64,000 nucleotides of DNA from Eledone cirrhosa. Taxonomy: Eukaryota. Both the position numbers and the translations under genes were made by a program. Below, piece by piece: positions 13,134 through 25,897 of this stretch (position 1 is the stretch's first letter; the number at the start of each line of letters is the position of its first letter). Location: positions 381,858,001 to 381,922,000 of the forward strand of contig OZ024741.1 of NCBI GenBank assembly GCA_964016885.1, in the 5' to 3' direction. The notes under the pieces were generated by a model that was not told the DNA's origin, did not search any database, and worked only from the letters and a program-made list of their open reading frames with translations.

Positions 13134-13270
13134 GAAGGCGTGTGGCTGAGTGGTTAGAGAATTGGATTTTCAATCGTAAGGTTGTGAGTTCGATTCGTGG
13201 ACCAGGCGATGCGTTATGTCCTTGAGCAAGATACTTTATTTCACGTTGCTCCTTCTACCTGGAGTTGCGA
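13134..13270 (+). mobile_element. tRNA-derived CORE-type SINE
   Basis: A box TGGCTGAGTGG, B box GTTCGATTC, CORE-like TGTCCTTGAGCAAGATACTT. Degenerate relatives near 25930-26075 and 37765-37830. Confidence 0.75.
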
Positions 13271-13438
13271 CCGATAGATAGTATTAGCAATTCGAAAGAC
13301 CAACGGAAACATTGTTCCCTCGGTCCGATTTGACGAAAGTCGATCGTTCCTATAAAAATATATATATATATATATATAAATGGAAAAAATGAAACGAAAG
13401 TTCATTTCTCACTCACTCTTAGTACGGCTGTTACTTAA

Positions 13439-13886
13439 ATATAAGTATGTATACGTACATACATATATGTATACGGACGTACGGTAGTATATATATATAT
13501 ACATACATGCACACATACATATATGTACGTATGGATTTACCGAACATTTATTATAATGCTCGGTTTGTTTGTAAATAAACATCCCGAATTAAGCCGTAGT
13601 GTTTAGCAACCATCGTTGCCCTTTTGGTCAACACTGGCAAAGGAACAATGTACTAGTTTCAAGCTTATTATCTATCGTCAGCATCGTATATCTTCCTGCC
13701 AGATGATTGAACGTCTGAAAGTATATACTTTCATTATGCATATTAACGGCTGAGCAGCCCAATTTGCATTTCGAGTGAGTTAATCGGCCGGGCGCACCGA
13801 GACGATTTATGTGTGCATGTATGTATATATATACATACTACTGTACGTCTGTATACATATATGTATGTACGTATACATACTTATAT
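13439..13886 (-). mobile_element. ORF-less unit with about 79-bp inverted termini and internal HHR
   Basis: 13439-13518 is close to the reverse complement of 13808-13886. HHR at 13646-13686 (-), octamer at 13762-13769. Confidence 0.7.
13646..13686 (-). ncRNA. Minimal hammerhead ribozyme (weak stem II)
   Basis: Minus strand CGATG-CTGACGA-TAGATAATAAGCTT-GAAA-CTAG-TA-CATTG. Confidence 0.7.
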
Positions 13887-14162
13887 ATATATTCTGTTTT
13901 AACGTTTATAATTATTTCCATTTAATTGCATAACAGCTGTATGTTTAGGTTGAATATGTAATTGGCTGTTATGATATTGCCTTCGGTGTTATCTACTAGT
14001 GTGAGTTTTGTGGTTTATCAAGTTTTTCTGTAAGAATTGTAAGTTTTCCATTCATCTCTTGTAGTATATTTAGGATTTTCTCATTTATAATTATAGTTGT
14101 GTTGTCAAATTCCAGTGCAATTTTCCGGATCTGTATAGTTTGAGATATTTGAAAAGTGGGTA

Positions 14163-14974
14163 AAGTTCTATACAAAACGGGGTTTATACAGAAAAAGTGG
14201 AATTAGAAATAGCACGAAAAATATATTTAAGGATCTATTTTCCTTTTTTCTTCTTTGGTTTGTCAAAGTGACATTATTGAAGAAGGGTCACTTGACTAAG
14301 CACATACACATTGATACTCAGGAAGATCGATAGTCTTGCACACGTATACGCATGTATATATATATATATATATATATGTATGTACGTGCATGTCTATGTA
14401 TATGCACACGTATATACACACATACCCACACACATATCTGTTTGTATACACAGTCATCCACCCTAAAACTATATTCCTAAAATAGAATTTCTTTTTTTCC
14501 TCTCTCATTTACCTCTCTCCCCTATATCAACTGTCTCTAACTTGGTCACCGCCATCTGAACTCTTGTGCAATCCTTTAATTTTGATCTGTTAAAATATAC
14601 AACTATCAACGCTATTTCTACAACTACTGGTATGACTACCTCTCTCTAATTTTTTAAGATTCCATTTTAGACCCGGACTTCGGAACAGCCAAGGTAACAG
14701 ACCTTTCAACACTTAAGTTTAATTTTTTTATTTTTTTATTCATTTTAATTCTTTTTAATTTTAATATTTAACATTTGATAAAATGGTTTACACTGATTCA
14801 TCGAAACCGGTGATAGTTTATATAATTTATATACATTATAAAACCCCTTTTTAAAAAGGAATTTTTTCCTCTCACTTTTCAATAATAATACTTTGAGGAA
14901 GAAAAAGAATAACAGATCCCTAGATATATTTTCCGTACTATTTCTAATTCAGCTTTTTGTATAGAATATTACAC

Positions 14975-14980
<6 letters not shown>
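14163..14980 (+). mobile_element. PLE-type 3' end with diverged inverted termini and degenerate U3-A8 HHR
   Basis: 14185-14252 resembles the reverse complement of 14898-14962. TTGATAA...GAAACCGGTG at 14775-14812. Confidence 0.5.
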
Positions 14981-15025
<45 letters not shown>

Positions 15026-15036
15026 TAGCGGATTAA

Positions 15037-15087
15037 AGTTTAAGCAAAGAATCGCTGCTTTCACCCTTAACGGGATCATCTGAAACT
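15037..15087 (-). ncRNA. Hammerhead ribozyme variant (CAGAUGA core)
   Basis: Minus strand AGTTT-CAGATGA-TCCC-GTTAA-GGGT-GAAA-GCA..TGC-TT-AAACT. Confidence 0.65.
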
Positions 15088-15920
15088 AACAAAGTCAATC
15101 TGTAAACGCAGAACTGGATATTTCAAAAAACGTTGCAACCGGAGGAAGACAGGAAGACGATACTTTGGTTCGTGGAAACGTTCGCTGGCAAAGAACGGGA
15201 AAAAACGAATAATACGTCATTAAAAGGAGCGGTGAAAAACAATTACGCGCAAAGACAGAACCACGTTTAGGTATAAAAGAGGTCGTAGACTAATGTTCTC
15301 TTAGGTGGTGCATAGAGACGTTCTCTGGCAATGAACGAAAAAACGAAGATAATAAGTCATATGTGGAGGGTGGAGAACAATAGCACGCAAAGACAAAACC
15401 ACGTAAATGGTATAGCAGAAGTCGTAGACTAAAATTCTAACTAGGAGACCAAATGAATCTCCGCTACAGAGTTAAGTAAATAAATACAATACAGAAGTAA
15501 TAGAAATAAATAAATACATACACGCAAACAAATACGTACATACACAAGCATACGCAAAACCTTACCATAGGTATACAACCACGCACATATAAATATGTGT
15601 GTGTGTGTGTATGCTTGTGTACAAATAAATAAATAATTATATAAACGTATATAAGTAAATAAATACGTATATAACAAGCGCACACACACACCTACATATA
15701 AATACACGAATGTTCGGAGACGTAGTCAACTAAAACAAGAAGTACACATATACACACACCCACTATACGTACGAACCTGCATACTCACGCAGACGCAAAA
15801 CTCCCGTATACAAATAGCCAAACCCTAAATACCAGAATATATAAAAATTATACGCCATAACAATTAAATATACGTACGAGAAGGTATACAACCTTCACAA
15901 AACATACGGGTAATATATAC

Positions 15921-17930
15921 TTACCTATGCAAATAAGTAAAGGAATAAACAAAACATATACTTAGCTCCCACATCAGGACGTAAAATATCCACGTATAGA
16001 TCGTACTATCCGTTAGGGTATAACGTGGGGCTATAATACAGGAATGTTTGTGCAATTTATGTTTACAAGCCGAAATTGCCTCAGATTTTTTGTTTAAGAT
16101 GTGGTCTGTGGCGTAGAGTATTTCCAGGGCCTCAGCGGCGCAGAGGTCACATGGTCTTTTATTTCCGTTATACGATCTAGCCCTAGCTAGGATCTCCCAG
16201 TGTAACTTATATTGGGTGTGGTTGTCTTTTAAACTCCAGATATAAGCTGAAAGTGACGTCATATTCCTTCTTAGAGGGTAACGAAAAGAATGGGTATGCA
16301 TGTCAAGACGCTGCTTGAAACTATTGGCGGTTAACCCTATGTAGGCCCTACGGGACGTGGGTGTTACAACCTTACATTTGTAGACAATGTTACTAGACAG
16401 GCATTTCCCGGATAGGGGGCAATCAACCCGATTCCTACAATTACAGTTAGTACTAACTACAGTGTTGCACGTGTTCCTACGGCAAGGTAGTTTAGGTAAA
16501 TTTGAAGCTGTGATGTTATGTGCAAGGTTAGGAGTCGTAGAGTAAGAATTTTTAATAGTATTTCTATTAAAAATGTTACTACATTTATGTGTAGGGGGAA
16601 AATGCTTCGTAATAAGGGAAAGAAATATCTTAGCTAATGGTGTGGCCACCTCCATATTATATGGTGGGTGAAACCAACAAATGCGACGGGATCTATTTCT
16701 TCTAGGTCTATTTTCGTACTCTGTATATGCTACCTTATCGACAAATCCACTTCGAGCAAGAGCTTCATTTTAATAAGTGGAATGGTCGTTGAAAATGCGC
16801 TCGTTGGTGGAAAGACGGGAAAGCCTCAACGAAACGTTTCTTACCATGTTCTTGGTTATGCTGGCGGGATGTTTGGAATGCTTACTTATGTAATTAAGCG
16901 TATCATTCGGCTTTCTATACCGGTAATACAACCCATTCAATAAACTGAGAGTAACATCGAGGTAATTAACGACCGAGAGATTGGCCTCAACCTGTATAGA
17001 GAGGTTGAAGCCTTTAAAGAAGGCTGTGAGTTCTTTTCTGAACCTGTCGCAAGCACGAGGTCCGCACTTAGTCATGGTCAAAAGACCATTGTCACGGTAC
17101 AAACCACCGCCCGCGTTGGGGAATTCGTCCTTGATAGAGAAAAGAAGGAAAAGGCCAATAAGATCAGTAACCTCCGCAGAGTCACTGGCACCCATACTCA
17201 CGTCGAATGGGGTACTATTGGACTTTTTAATCCAAATAGAGTCGTCGAAATTAATCACCGACTTTCGGGCATTAAGGATGACATAACTTCGAAATCCTTA
17301 ACCGCTGTGAGTGTTTTAGCGAAATTGATAGCTATAAGGAGAAGTGGTAAAATGATGGAGGAATAGTAATTGTTGATGTCGAATTGGATAAAACGGCAAT
17401 GTTCCTTGTTACATATGCCGTTGAACCAATCAATCACCGCGAAAGAATTGTTCCACAGTGCGAGAGGGGCCAAACTTCTAATTTCAGGTATAATTCTATC
17501 AAGAATCCTTTTACTAAGTCTACCTAAATCGGACTTCGTAGGGTTAATAAGCCGAATAGAGGGGTAGTTCGGAAAATTGGATTTGTGATCCTTCAGGGTA
17601 AAGTGGGGAGAAATAGGGTCCAGAGGTTCCGTTCGGTCCGGTCCAGGATGTTGAGATCAGATGTAATTTTAAACCCAGCATCGTTGATTTCATTGAGACG
17701 CACCGATTAGTTTTACGGTAATCCTTAGTCACAGCATTATGTAGTAGTTGATGGTAAGTACTGCGCTCCACTTGATATAGGTTGCCAGTTTTGACGGAAT
17801 GGAGGTGCACGGCGTTAGAATCCTTAATAGAACGAATTCTATTCTTCAGGTCATGCTGGAAGGAATTGCTCCTATTCCGAAATTTGATACTCCGAATGAG
17901 TTCCAAGACATCATTTTTGAAGGGTAGCAA
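15921..17930 (-). pseudogene. PLE RT + GIY-YIG, 5'-truncated and frameshifted
   Basis: Four ORF pieces in order carry the RT and endonuclease motifs. Confidence 0.9.
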
Positions 17931-18213
17931 TGCTCAACATATGACTTATTATCTTCGTTTTTTCGTTCATTGCCAGAGAACGTCTCTATGCACCACCTAA
18001 GAGAACATTAGTCTACGACCTCTTTTATACCTAAACGTGGTTCTGTCTTTGCGCGTAATTGTTTTTCACCGCTCCTTTTAATGACGTATTATTCGTTTTT
18101 TCCCGTTCTTTGCCAGCGAATGTTTCCACGAACCAAAGTATCGTCTTCCTGTCTTCCTCCGGTTGCAACGTTTTTTGAAATATCAAGTTCTGCGTTTACA
18201 GATTGACTTTGTT

Positions 18214-18264
18214 AGTTTCAGAAGATCCCGTTAAGAGTGAAAGCAGCGATTCGTTGCTTAAACT
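18214..18264 (+). ncRNA. Hammerhead ribozyme variant (CAGAAGA core) in the inverted pseudo-LTR
   Basis: AGTTT-CAGAAGA-[stem II]-GAAA-GCAGCG-ATT-CGTTGC-TT-AAACT. Confidence 0.65.
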
Positions 18265-18371
18265 TTAATCTGTTATTTTAATAAATATTTACTCTACGGT
18301 TCTTATATATTTGATATATATTTATCCTTATCGAGCCCTCTTTGGATTTTAGTCTTCAATTTTATTATTAT

Positions 18372-18414
<43 letters not shown>

Positions 18415-18867
18415 ATTTTGAACTGCTTATCCTCAAGAACTATGCCTGTAAATAATATCATTCTTTCTTTCCTATTACCTTTTCTTGTTCCACATCAGCC
18501 CCCCCCCCCCATTTTTTTTCTTTTTCCTTTTTGCTTCAAAAACCTTGTTTGTAAATAATAATATTCTTTCTTTCCCATTTCCTTAACATTTTCAGCATCA
18601 CATTATTTTCTCTCCAGCATTTTATACCAATGCAAATTCACCCCTTTGATAATGCATAAAATGCTGAAGCCAGTAATAAACAATTATTAAATATATAAAT
18701 AAATAAATAAATGCCATTGTTAATTAATAAAAACATTAACTAATATCTTAACACTTCACACAAATTAAAATATTTTGTTTTAAACATTTTCTCACCCAGA
18801 AAAAAAAAATAAATAAAACGAAAAAAAAAATGTTTCTTCCTAATAATCGTATTTTCTCCCTATATTC

Positions 18868-19122
<255 letters not shown>

Positions 19123-19267
19123 ATATATATATATATGAATGTAATCTGAGTTTTACGAATATTAATAATAATATTCAATTCGTTTGCAGTTACGCAAACA
19201 GCCTCTTTTTTAAACCATGTCAGTAGAATGAGTTCCTCATTATTGCCCCTGCGTTGGCATGCAAACA

Positions 19268-19317
19268 GAACTGGAGACACTAAGGTTTCTGGGTATTACC
19301 CTTCATCAGTGCAGTTC
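19268..19317 (-). ncRNA. Type I hammerhead ribozyme
   Basis: Minus strand GAACTGCA-CTGATGA-AGGGT-AAT-ACCCA-GAAAC-CTTAGT-GTC-TCCAGTTC; 8-bp stem I with one mismatch, GUC site. Confidence 0.8.
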
Positions 19318-19392
19318 ACTGTTCACCTGTCATCTGTCAGACGTAGTGAAAATATATGATATGTTCTAAAATATACATGATTGATCGTCCCG

Positions 19393-19487
19393 ATTTGCAT
19401 ATTAGCAGACTGGCTGATCAGTCAGATTTGCATACGTGCAGATCCACTGATCAGCCATATTTGCATATCAGCAAACAGGCCAATCAG
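19393..19487 (-). promoter_or_regulatory. Three 33-bp tandem units, each with an octamer (ATTTGCAT), plus a CCAAT
   Basis: ATTTGCAT at 19393, 19426 and 19459; CCAATCAG at 19480. Function is inferred. Confidence 0.5.
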
Positions 19488-19847
19488 CTTCCCGTATTCG
19501 AGCGATAAATTCCCGGCTTTGCCATATACAAATACATTTAAAAAAACATTATCTCTCTACATGTCTGAATACAACAAATGTAATCTGAGTTTTTCGAATA
19601 TCAATAATGATATTCAATTCGTTTGCAATTATGATAAGAAAAGCCTCAATAATGAGGGAGTCATTCTACTGGCATGGCTTTTAGAAAGATTCTGTTTGCA
19701 TAATTGCAAACGAATTGAATATTATTATTAATATTCGAAAACTCAGATTACATTTATTGTATTCAGCTATGTAGAGCGATCATTTCTTTTTTATTTACAT
19801 ATACATCTATACGCAAGCATTTGCACACGAAGAAGAACGTATATATA

Positions 19848-19893
<46 letters not shown>

Positions 19894-20008
19894 TGCTTGT
19901 GTGTATGCACATGCTTGCGCCCATATAACTTACATACAATTCATGAAAATATAATAACGTTTATTTCATGCATCAACAAAACATATTCAAGCTTATTTCT
20001 TTCTCTAG

Positions 20009-20046
20009 GTCTGAACCATAACGAATCGATTGAACCCCAAAGATAA
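20009..20046 (+). CDS. Candidate terminal coding exon (xLNHNESIEPQR*)
   Basis: Strong acceptor TTATTTCTTTCTCTAG|G, short open frame to TAA, downstream AATAAA near 20445. No homology recognised. Confidence 0.2.
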
Positions 20047-20610
20047 CCGACACTGATGAATATTTTAAAACATATGTACCTAAACCATTCAACTCATCGG
20101 AAGAATGTAATATACCCTACACATGTTACTTTTCGTAAACATCTCAATGTTAAACTCTTAATGATAACCGTATTGTTAAAGCCATTGGTGTTTTTATGTG
20201 TTTTGTGTGTGTGATATAAATTATTTGTAACAAATTGAAGGCACGTATGGTTGTTACTCTCATAATCAGCTAAATTGAACTAACCTCTGCATCAGACTAT
20301 GTTATATGTATGGGATCTAATTGAAAGGTAAACATCATGTGAGTGAAAGGGTTTTCATCATTAGAGAATTGCTTTTCAAACATATTGTAAACATTCAAGC
20401 TGTACTTTTCTCTCCGTGCTCTTGAATCTAAATGCATATACTATAAATAAATGATAATTATTAACAATTTATCAAAGCATGCTTTTTCGATTTGGCATAG
20501 AATGTTTTCCCCCATGAATTACTTCAGAGATACACACACACATGCATATGCACACACAAACACATGCACACTCATACACATACATACACACAAACACACA
20601 CACGCGCACG

Positions 20611-20642
<32 letters not shown>

Positions 20643-20643
20643 C

Positions 20644-20719
<76 letters not shown>

Positions 20720-20879
20720 AGAGAGGAAGAGAGAGAGAGGAGAGAGTGAGAGAGAGATGCAACTTGTGTCTCCAAATTATATCATGAATTTGATACAACT
20801 TGTACAATCATACCCAAATTGTTTAATCTTTAGTTCCATATATAACATAAACACCAAGTGTTTATTCTTTATTTGACTG

Positions 20880-21292
20880 TTTTGATGATGAGTGACGAAA
20901 AATTGCAATTAGTGTTAAGGCACGCTACATCTGGAAGAGAGTACTGAATGCTAGGGCAGTAGCAAAAGAAAATAATGATAAGGAAGGCCAAGGAACTGTC
21001 AAAGTATGTGTGGCACAAAATTAATTCAGATGACTTAAGGAAAGTGATACCAGCCTCGTAGACAGACCAGGGTCAGGAAAACTTTCTGTTGTGGAAGATG
21101 TGACCTTGCTTTAAATGGTAGAACCATAGCAAAGGACTAGTTCTCATACATTGTCGGAAGAATTTGGTACTTCACAAACACCATCAATTGGCACCTCCAT
21201 AATCTCGGTCTTGTGAACAGACGCTGTTCGGAAGTTACTCTTAAACCTGCCAAAGTTTGAAATACGAAAGACCGTTTAACTCAATCTGGTAT
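20880..21292 (+). mobile_element. Mariner-type transposon remnant (N-terminal HTH region)
   Basis: Decayed translation ..KEGQGTV..VAQN*FR*LKESDTSLVDRPGSGKLSVVED.. resembles the mariner WFxRFKxGDxSLEDxPRSGRP motif. Confidence 0.7.
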
Positions 21293-21412
21293 ATATATAT
21301 GGTGTAAAAAGTTCGCGCCGTTAGAGCAACGAATACAATACTTTGTGATGATTCTTCCGAGATCCTGCGATGTGACATAAAATCCTACTTAATTTAGCCT
21401 TTTCTTATTTTC

Positions 21413-21621
21413 TGTGGAACGGCAGTATCCCTTGAACGTCGGTGACCTTGCTTCACGGTATAGAGTGACGGCCCTTATGTCATGAGTTCAAATCACGCCG
21501 AGGTTACATTTGCCTTTCATCCTTACAGTAACAATAAAATAAAATACCAGTCACGCACTGGCTCGTTGTAATCGACTTCCCAAACAAATCAATTGCTAGC
21601 CTTGTGCCTAAGTCAGAAACC
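21413..21621 (+). mobile_element. tRNA-derived SINE, diverged
   Basis: GAGTTCAAATCACGCCGAGGTT..TTTGCCTTTCATCCTTAC..GCCTTGTGCCTAAG. Confidence 0.75.
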
Positions 21622-21876
21622 TTTATTTCCGGATTGATGAATAAAGTAGCGGTCATGGTTGTGTTGTCTTTAATGTACGGGATGCGCATTTTTGGTGACA
21701 GATTAAATTCTAACCTTTTTGTTTTCACACCCGCCACGTGTGTTTGAATCATGTCAAAATCCTTCTTATGGCTGGGAAGGCCTTAAGTAAGCTTAGCTTA
21801 AGTATTTCAGTTGATAAATGTCAATGCCAGGACATAAGGAGACAATAGAAAATGCGATACGGCTCTGCACCTTCAT

Positions 21877-21933
<57 letters not shown>

Positions 21934-21973
21934 GAGATGAAATCGAAAATGCAATATATATATTTATTTGGTT

Positions 21974-22011
21974 CCTTTACCGGTTTCGCAGTTCTTCTGC
22001 TTTTCAAAAGG
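21974..22011 (-). ncRNA. Minimal HHR, U3-A8 core
   Basis: Exact reverse complement of 22530-22567. Confidence 0.8.
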
Positions 22012-22529
22012 TGAGTTGAGATGAAGGGTCTGTGGTTTTTCTCACATCTGGTTGGTCTCTGAATGTTACTTGTTTTATATGGAAAAAGTGGCTCGAAATG
22101 CCAGGTTTTTCGAGAAGTAATTTGATTGGTTTGTCAATAATTATAATAAATTTCGCACCAGTTCGCGTTACAATAGTTCTTCAAATAAGAGGGGGGGGGG
22201 GGTTGTCACAGGTTGTTTTTTCATATATGAGTGTTTGAATTTATTTTTACTTGAAAAAAGGAGGCTCACGAAGGCTTTTTTTTGGTTGGTTATAAATGAA
22301 ATTATGGCTGTCACGTGAACAAGTTTTCATTAAATTTTTGTGCACAAAAATCTTATTTCAAGAACTATTGTAACGCGAACTGTTGCGAAATTTATTATAA
22401 TTATTGACAAACCAATCAAATTACTTCTCGAAAAACCTGGCATTTCGAGCCACTTTTTCCATATAAAACAAGTAACATTCAGAGACCAACCAGATGTAAA
22501 AAAAACCACAGACCCTCCATCTCAACTCA

Positions 22530-22567
22530 CCTTTTGAAAAGCAGAAGAACTGCGAAACCGGTAAAGG
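22530..22567 (+). ncRNA. Minimal HHR, U3-A8 core
   Basis: CCTT-TTGAAAA-GCAG-AAGAA-CTGC-GAAA-CCGG-TA-AAGG. Confidence 0.8.
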
Positions 22568-23013
22568 AACCAAATAAATATATATATTTTTTTAAAAAAT
22601 AAGACTCCAGTTGCATTTTCGATTTCATCACTTTTTATTTATACTTTCACTCGTGTTGGACACCTCCGTTATTTTTCATTTTGTAAAAAAAACCTCACTT
22701 TCTAATATATATATATATATATGTATATATAGCACATATGCACGGACTCACACAGACACGTATATACATATATATATATTTATGTGTGAAGAGATGTGGT
22801 TTTTCTGATTAATAGTGTTGTTTATTTTTCTTCTAAAACTGATGGCTCGACGATATGTTTATGTTCATACGTATTGTACATACATTAAATGAAAGTTAGA
22901 AGTGTATATAGAGTAAGAAAATATATATTTACAATATAGCGGAAATAAATGAAAATATTATGATTCTGATTATCGGTATGTTTACATACACACGCATATA
23001 TATACATTATATA

Positions 23014-23185
23014 TAGTATCGGTAGAGTGTCGGACGCCATGCCTTGACGCAAAGAGTTACGGCCCTTGCCAGTCTGAGTTCAAATCCCGCCGAGGTTAAC
23101 TTTGCCTTTCATCCTTACGGGGTCGATAAAAAAAAGTACCAGTAATGTACTGGGTAATTGCTGGCCTTGTGCCAAAAGTAGAAAC

Positions 23186-23190
<5 letters not shown>
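23014..23190 (+). mobile_element. tRNA-derived SINE
   Basis: Near-consensus copy of the family at 56237-56430. Confidence 0.85.
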
Positions 23191-23220
<30 letters not shown>

Positions 23221-23223
<3 letters not shown>

Positions 23224-25815
23224 ACAACGCCCACGCAACCCACCCCAAGTTCCCCCTTACCACCCTGACAACCCACTCCACCCCCTCACCCACCAACCAC
23301 GAACTCGACACTAAACTCATCAGGCTAAAACACTCCATCTCGGATATTCTTCACAAACACACACACACGCATAACACACAACCTCACCAATTCTCAACTC
23401 ACCACTCTCTCCAACCTGAAATCAAAGAACCTCATCTACCTCCCCTCCGACAATGGAAAAGAATTCTGCGTCATCAGCAGAGAGGTCTACAACACCATGG
23501 CCCTCCAACACCTTGACGATGACAACCTCTACTCCAAGGTCACGGGAATCACTCCCGTGCAGATAGTGGAGCACATCAAAGCCGCCTGGACCAACATCTG
23601 CCATCGGCAGAAGCTCCCGAAGAAGCTGAGATACAACCTCCTGACGAGGAACAGTAGACTACCTGCCTTCTACCATCTCGTGAAAACACCCAAACAGGGA
23701 CCCGACCTGAAGATCAGGTCCATTGTATAGAGCGTGGATAGACCGCTCTACAAAATTCCATGGCTCCTAGCCAGAATACTCAAACCCATCTTAGACACCT
23801 TGCCGGGACACGTTAACAGCTCCGAGGAGGTGTTGGAGCGCCTGCATCAAATAGAATGCGACACCAGAAAGGCTAACAGATATGCCTTCACCCTTGTTGT
23901 AGTCGCTCTCTACACCTCGGTCCCGGCACTCCTGGCCGTTACTATACTGATGGAACGCGTCCAATCCACCGAGCTACACTACTTCGGGCTCACCACCACT
24001 GATATCCACCACCTCCTATCAATCGTCGTTGAAAACTCATACTTCGGATTCCTTGACCAAACGTACCAGCAAACCTCGGGACTGCCCATGGGCTCTAGCC
24101 TGTCGGGTGGGCTAGCGATCTCATACATGGACAGCCTCGAGCGCAAGGCACTCAACACCTGCCACCCCAACACCGTCGCCTTTTTCTCAAGGTACGTGGA
24201 CGATATCCTCATCATCACATCTTCCCAAGACATGGCGAACAGAATCTATGAGACGTTCAACAACACGGACGAGAACATTGATTTCAGTGTTGAACACTCC
24301 AGTGACGACGGGTCACTTGACCTCCGCGACTTCCGAATCAACATCATGGAACAGGGAGGTTTCCACTACAACTTCTACCGAAAGGCAGCCTGCATGGAGC
24401 TGTTCGTCCACCACAAGTCCGCTCTCCACAACAGTGCTAAAAGAGGATACATCACAAACGAGATAACGCGAATTAAAAACAGATGCAGCGCTCCAGCGAG
24501 TGGTGTCACTCATACCAAGCGATTCCTCGAAGTGCTGGTGACGACGGGTACCCTGCCTCACTCACAAACAGAATAAGAGACACCAGAAACAAGAGGCAGA
24601 GAAACACCGAAGGCATGTCCTCCCTTAAAATACTACACCAGGGCGAGTATACCACCAATGCTATCCGCAAGGCTATACGGAGGGAGGGCCTTGACATCCA
24701 CCTGGCCCACTCGAGCCCCTCCCTGCTAAGATGCCTCTCGAGGAAACCCGGGAAATCAACTGACGCGTGCTCCCTCAGAACGCCATACGAACTGTTGCCA
24801 TACGCACATACGTTGTGTATAAGATAGAATGTAACCAGTGCAACCACTACTATATAGGTAGCACAATCCGGCCGCTACACATCCGGATCAAGAAGCACAT
24901 TAACACCAGGGCCTCGTCTTTCCGGAAACACATAACCAAATGTGGAAACAAAGACGGAAGGCCCATTGTCACAATTCTAGCGAGAGAAAGAAACGTCGGC
25001 ACATTACGAATCAAGGATGCACTTTGGATCAAACGCGTAGGGCCACCAATAAATAACCGATCCGAGAGAAGCGAAATGATGTGGTTGGTTTAAGTAAACA
25101 AACGATGAAGCAACACACGCACACACACACACACACAAGCGAGACATCAACACACGTACACACACACACAGTAGCATTCCACCATACGAACATACTACAC
25201 TGCTAATACAGACGAACGAGGCAACAACACACGCATACACACACACACTCAAGCGAGACAACAACACAGGAACACACACACACAGTAACATTCACCAAAT
25301 AGGCAGAGAATACTATCACAACCACACACTATTCAACAGGGCAGATAATACAATGGACTGACAGTTAACGCCACCCCACCCCCACAATTGAAAGAACTAC
25401 TTCGGCCGCTGACCTCTGCCTGACCGACCCCATTTCAAGCGCACACGCGCTCTGCTGAATACCTCAGATATTCAAAACCACGGACAGCGGGGGACACGTT
25501 TCGCACCTTTCCGACAGATAACCTACCCCCTCCCCCGGAAAAAACCCAGTTGATGGATGTGAATCCGAAATATATAGGGACAATTAAATCCTCCCCAAGG
25601 TAATTCTATCTCGTGTTATTATTTTTTATCCTTTACGCTCTTTCCTACATTCTTTTACACGCACACATCTCAACCTACAATCACTTACATCTCTCTCTCC
25701 ACCACCGGATCTTGTTACCCGGAGATTTACCCATCTGCATTGTTGAGGCTTCCAAAACGACCTAAAGAAATATACCTTATTATTCCACAATGCTTCAAGC
25801 AAACTTCAATACTCT
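23221..25815 (+). mobile_element. Penelope-like element (Penelope/Poseidon-type), decayed
   Basis: ORFs 23497-23730, 23734-24576, 24483-24827 and 24767-25093: FYHLVKT, LYTSVP, GLPMGSSLSG, RYVDD, VVYKIECNQCNHYYIGST. Degenerate HHR at 25545-25579. (TA)n on both sides. Confidence 0.9.

Positions 25816-25897
<82 letters not shown>

Larger units (their letters stand above)
15019..18375 (-). mobile_element. Penelope-like element (Nematis-type) with about 350-bp inverted pseudo-LTRs
   Basis: ORF pieces 17544-17930, 17255-17473, 16770-17258 and 15921-16655: QFDI..YYSSI, FDVSMGASDSAEV, GLYRDNGL, CNCRNRVDCPLSGKC, IVY..AYIG. 15019-15368 is inverted at 17933-18282. Confidence 0.92.
19138..19780 (-). mobile_element. 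ORF-less retrozyme-like unit: 439-bp direct period plus inverted copy, HHR and triple octamer
   Basis: AATGTAATCTGAGTTTT.. is direct at 19138 and 19577. 19138-19245 is inverted at 19647-19754. HHR at 19268-19317. Confidence 0.75.
21929..22705. mobile_element. Fold-back PLE end: about 235-bp inverted arms, each ending in a U3-A8 HHR
   Basis: 21955-22190 is the reverse complement of 22351-22587 with few mismatches. Outer extension 21929-21954 pairs with 22611-22636. Confidence 0.85.

Noticed and set aside
13134-13210. tRNA gene
   Set aside because: It has A and B boxes but no clean cloverleaf and runs into a CORE-like SINE body.
15170-15440. Repeat units of about 140 bp (and the 33-bp units at 19393) as a CRISPR-like array
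   Set aside because: They are plain tandem duplications without unique spacers or cas genes, in eukaryotic DNA.
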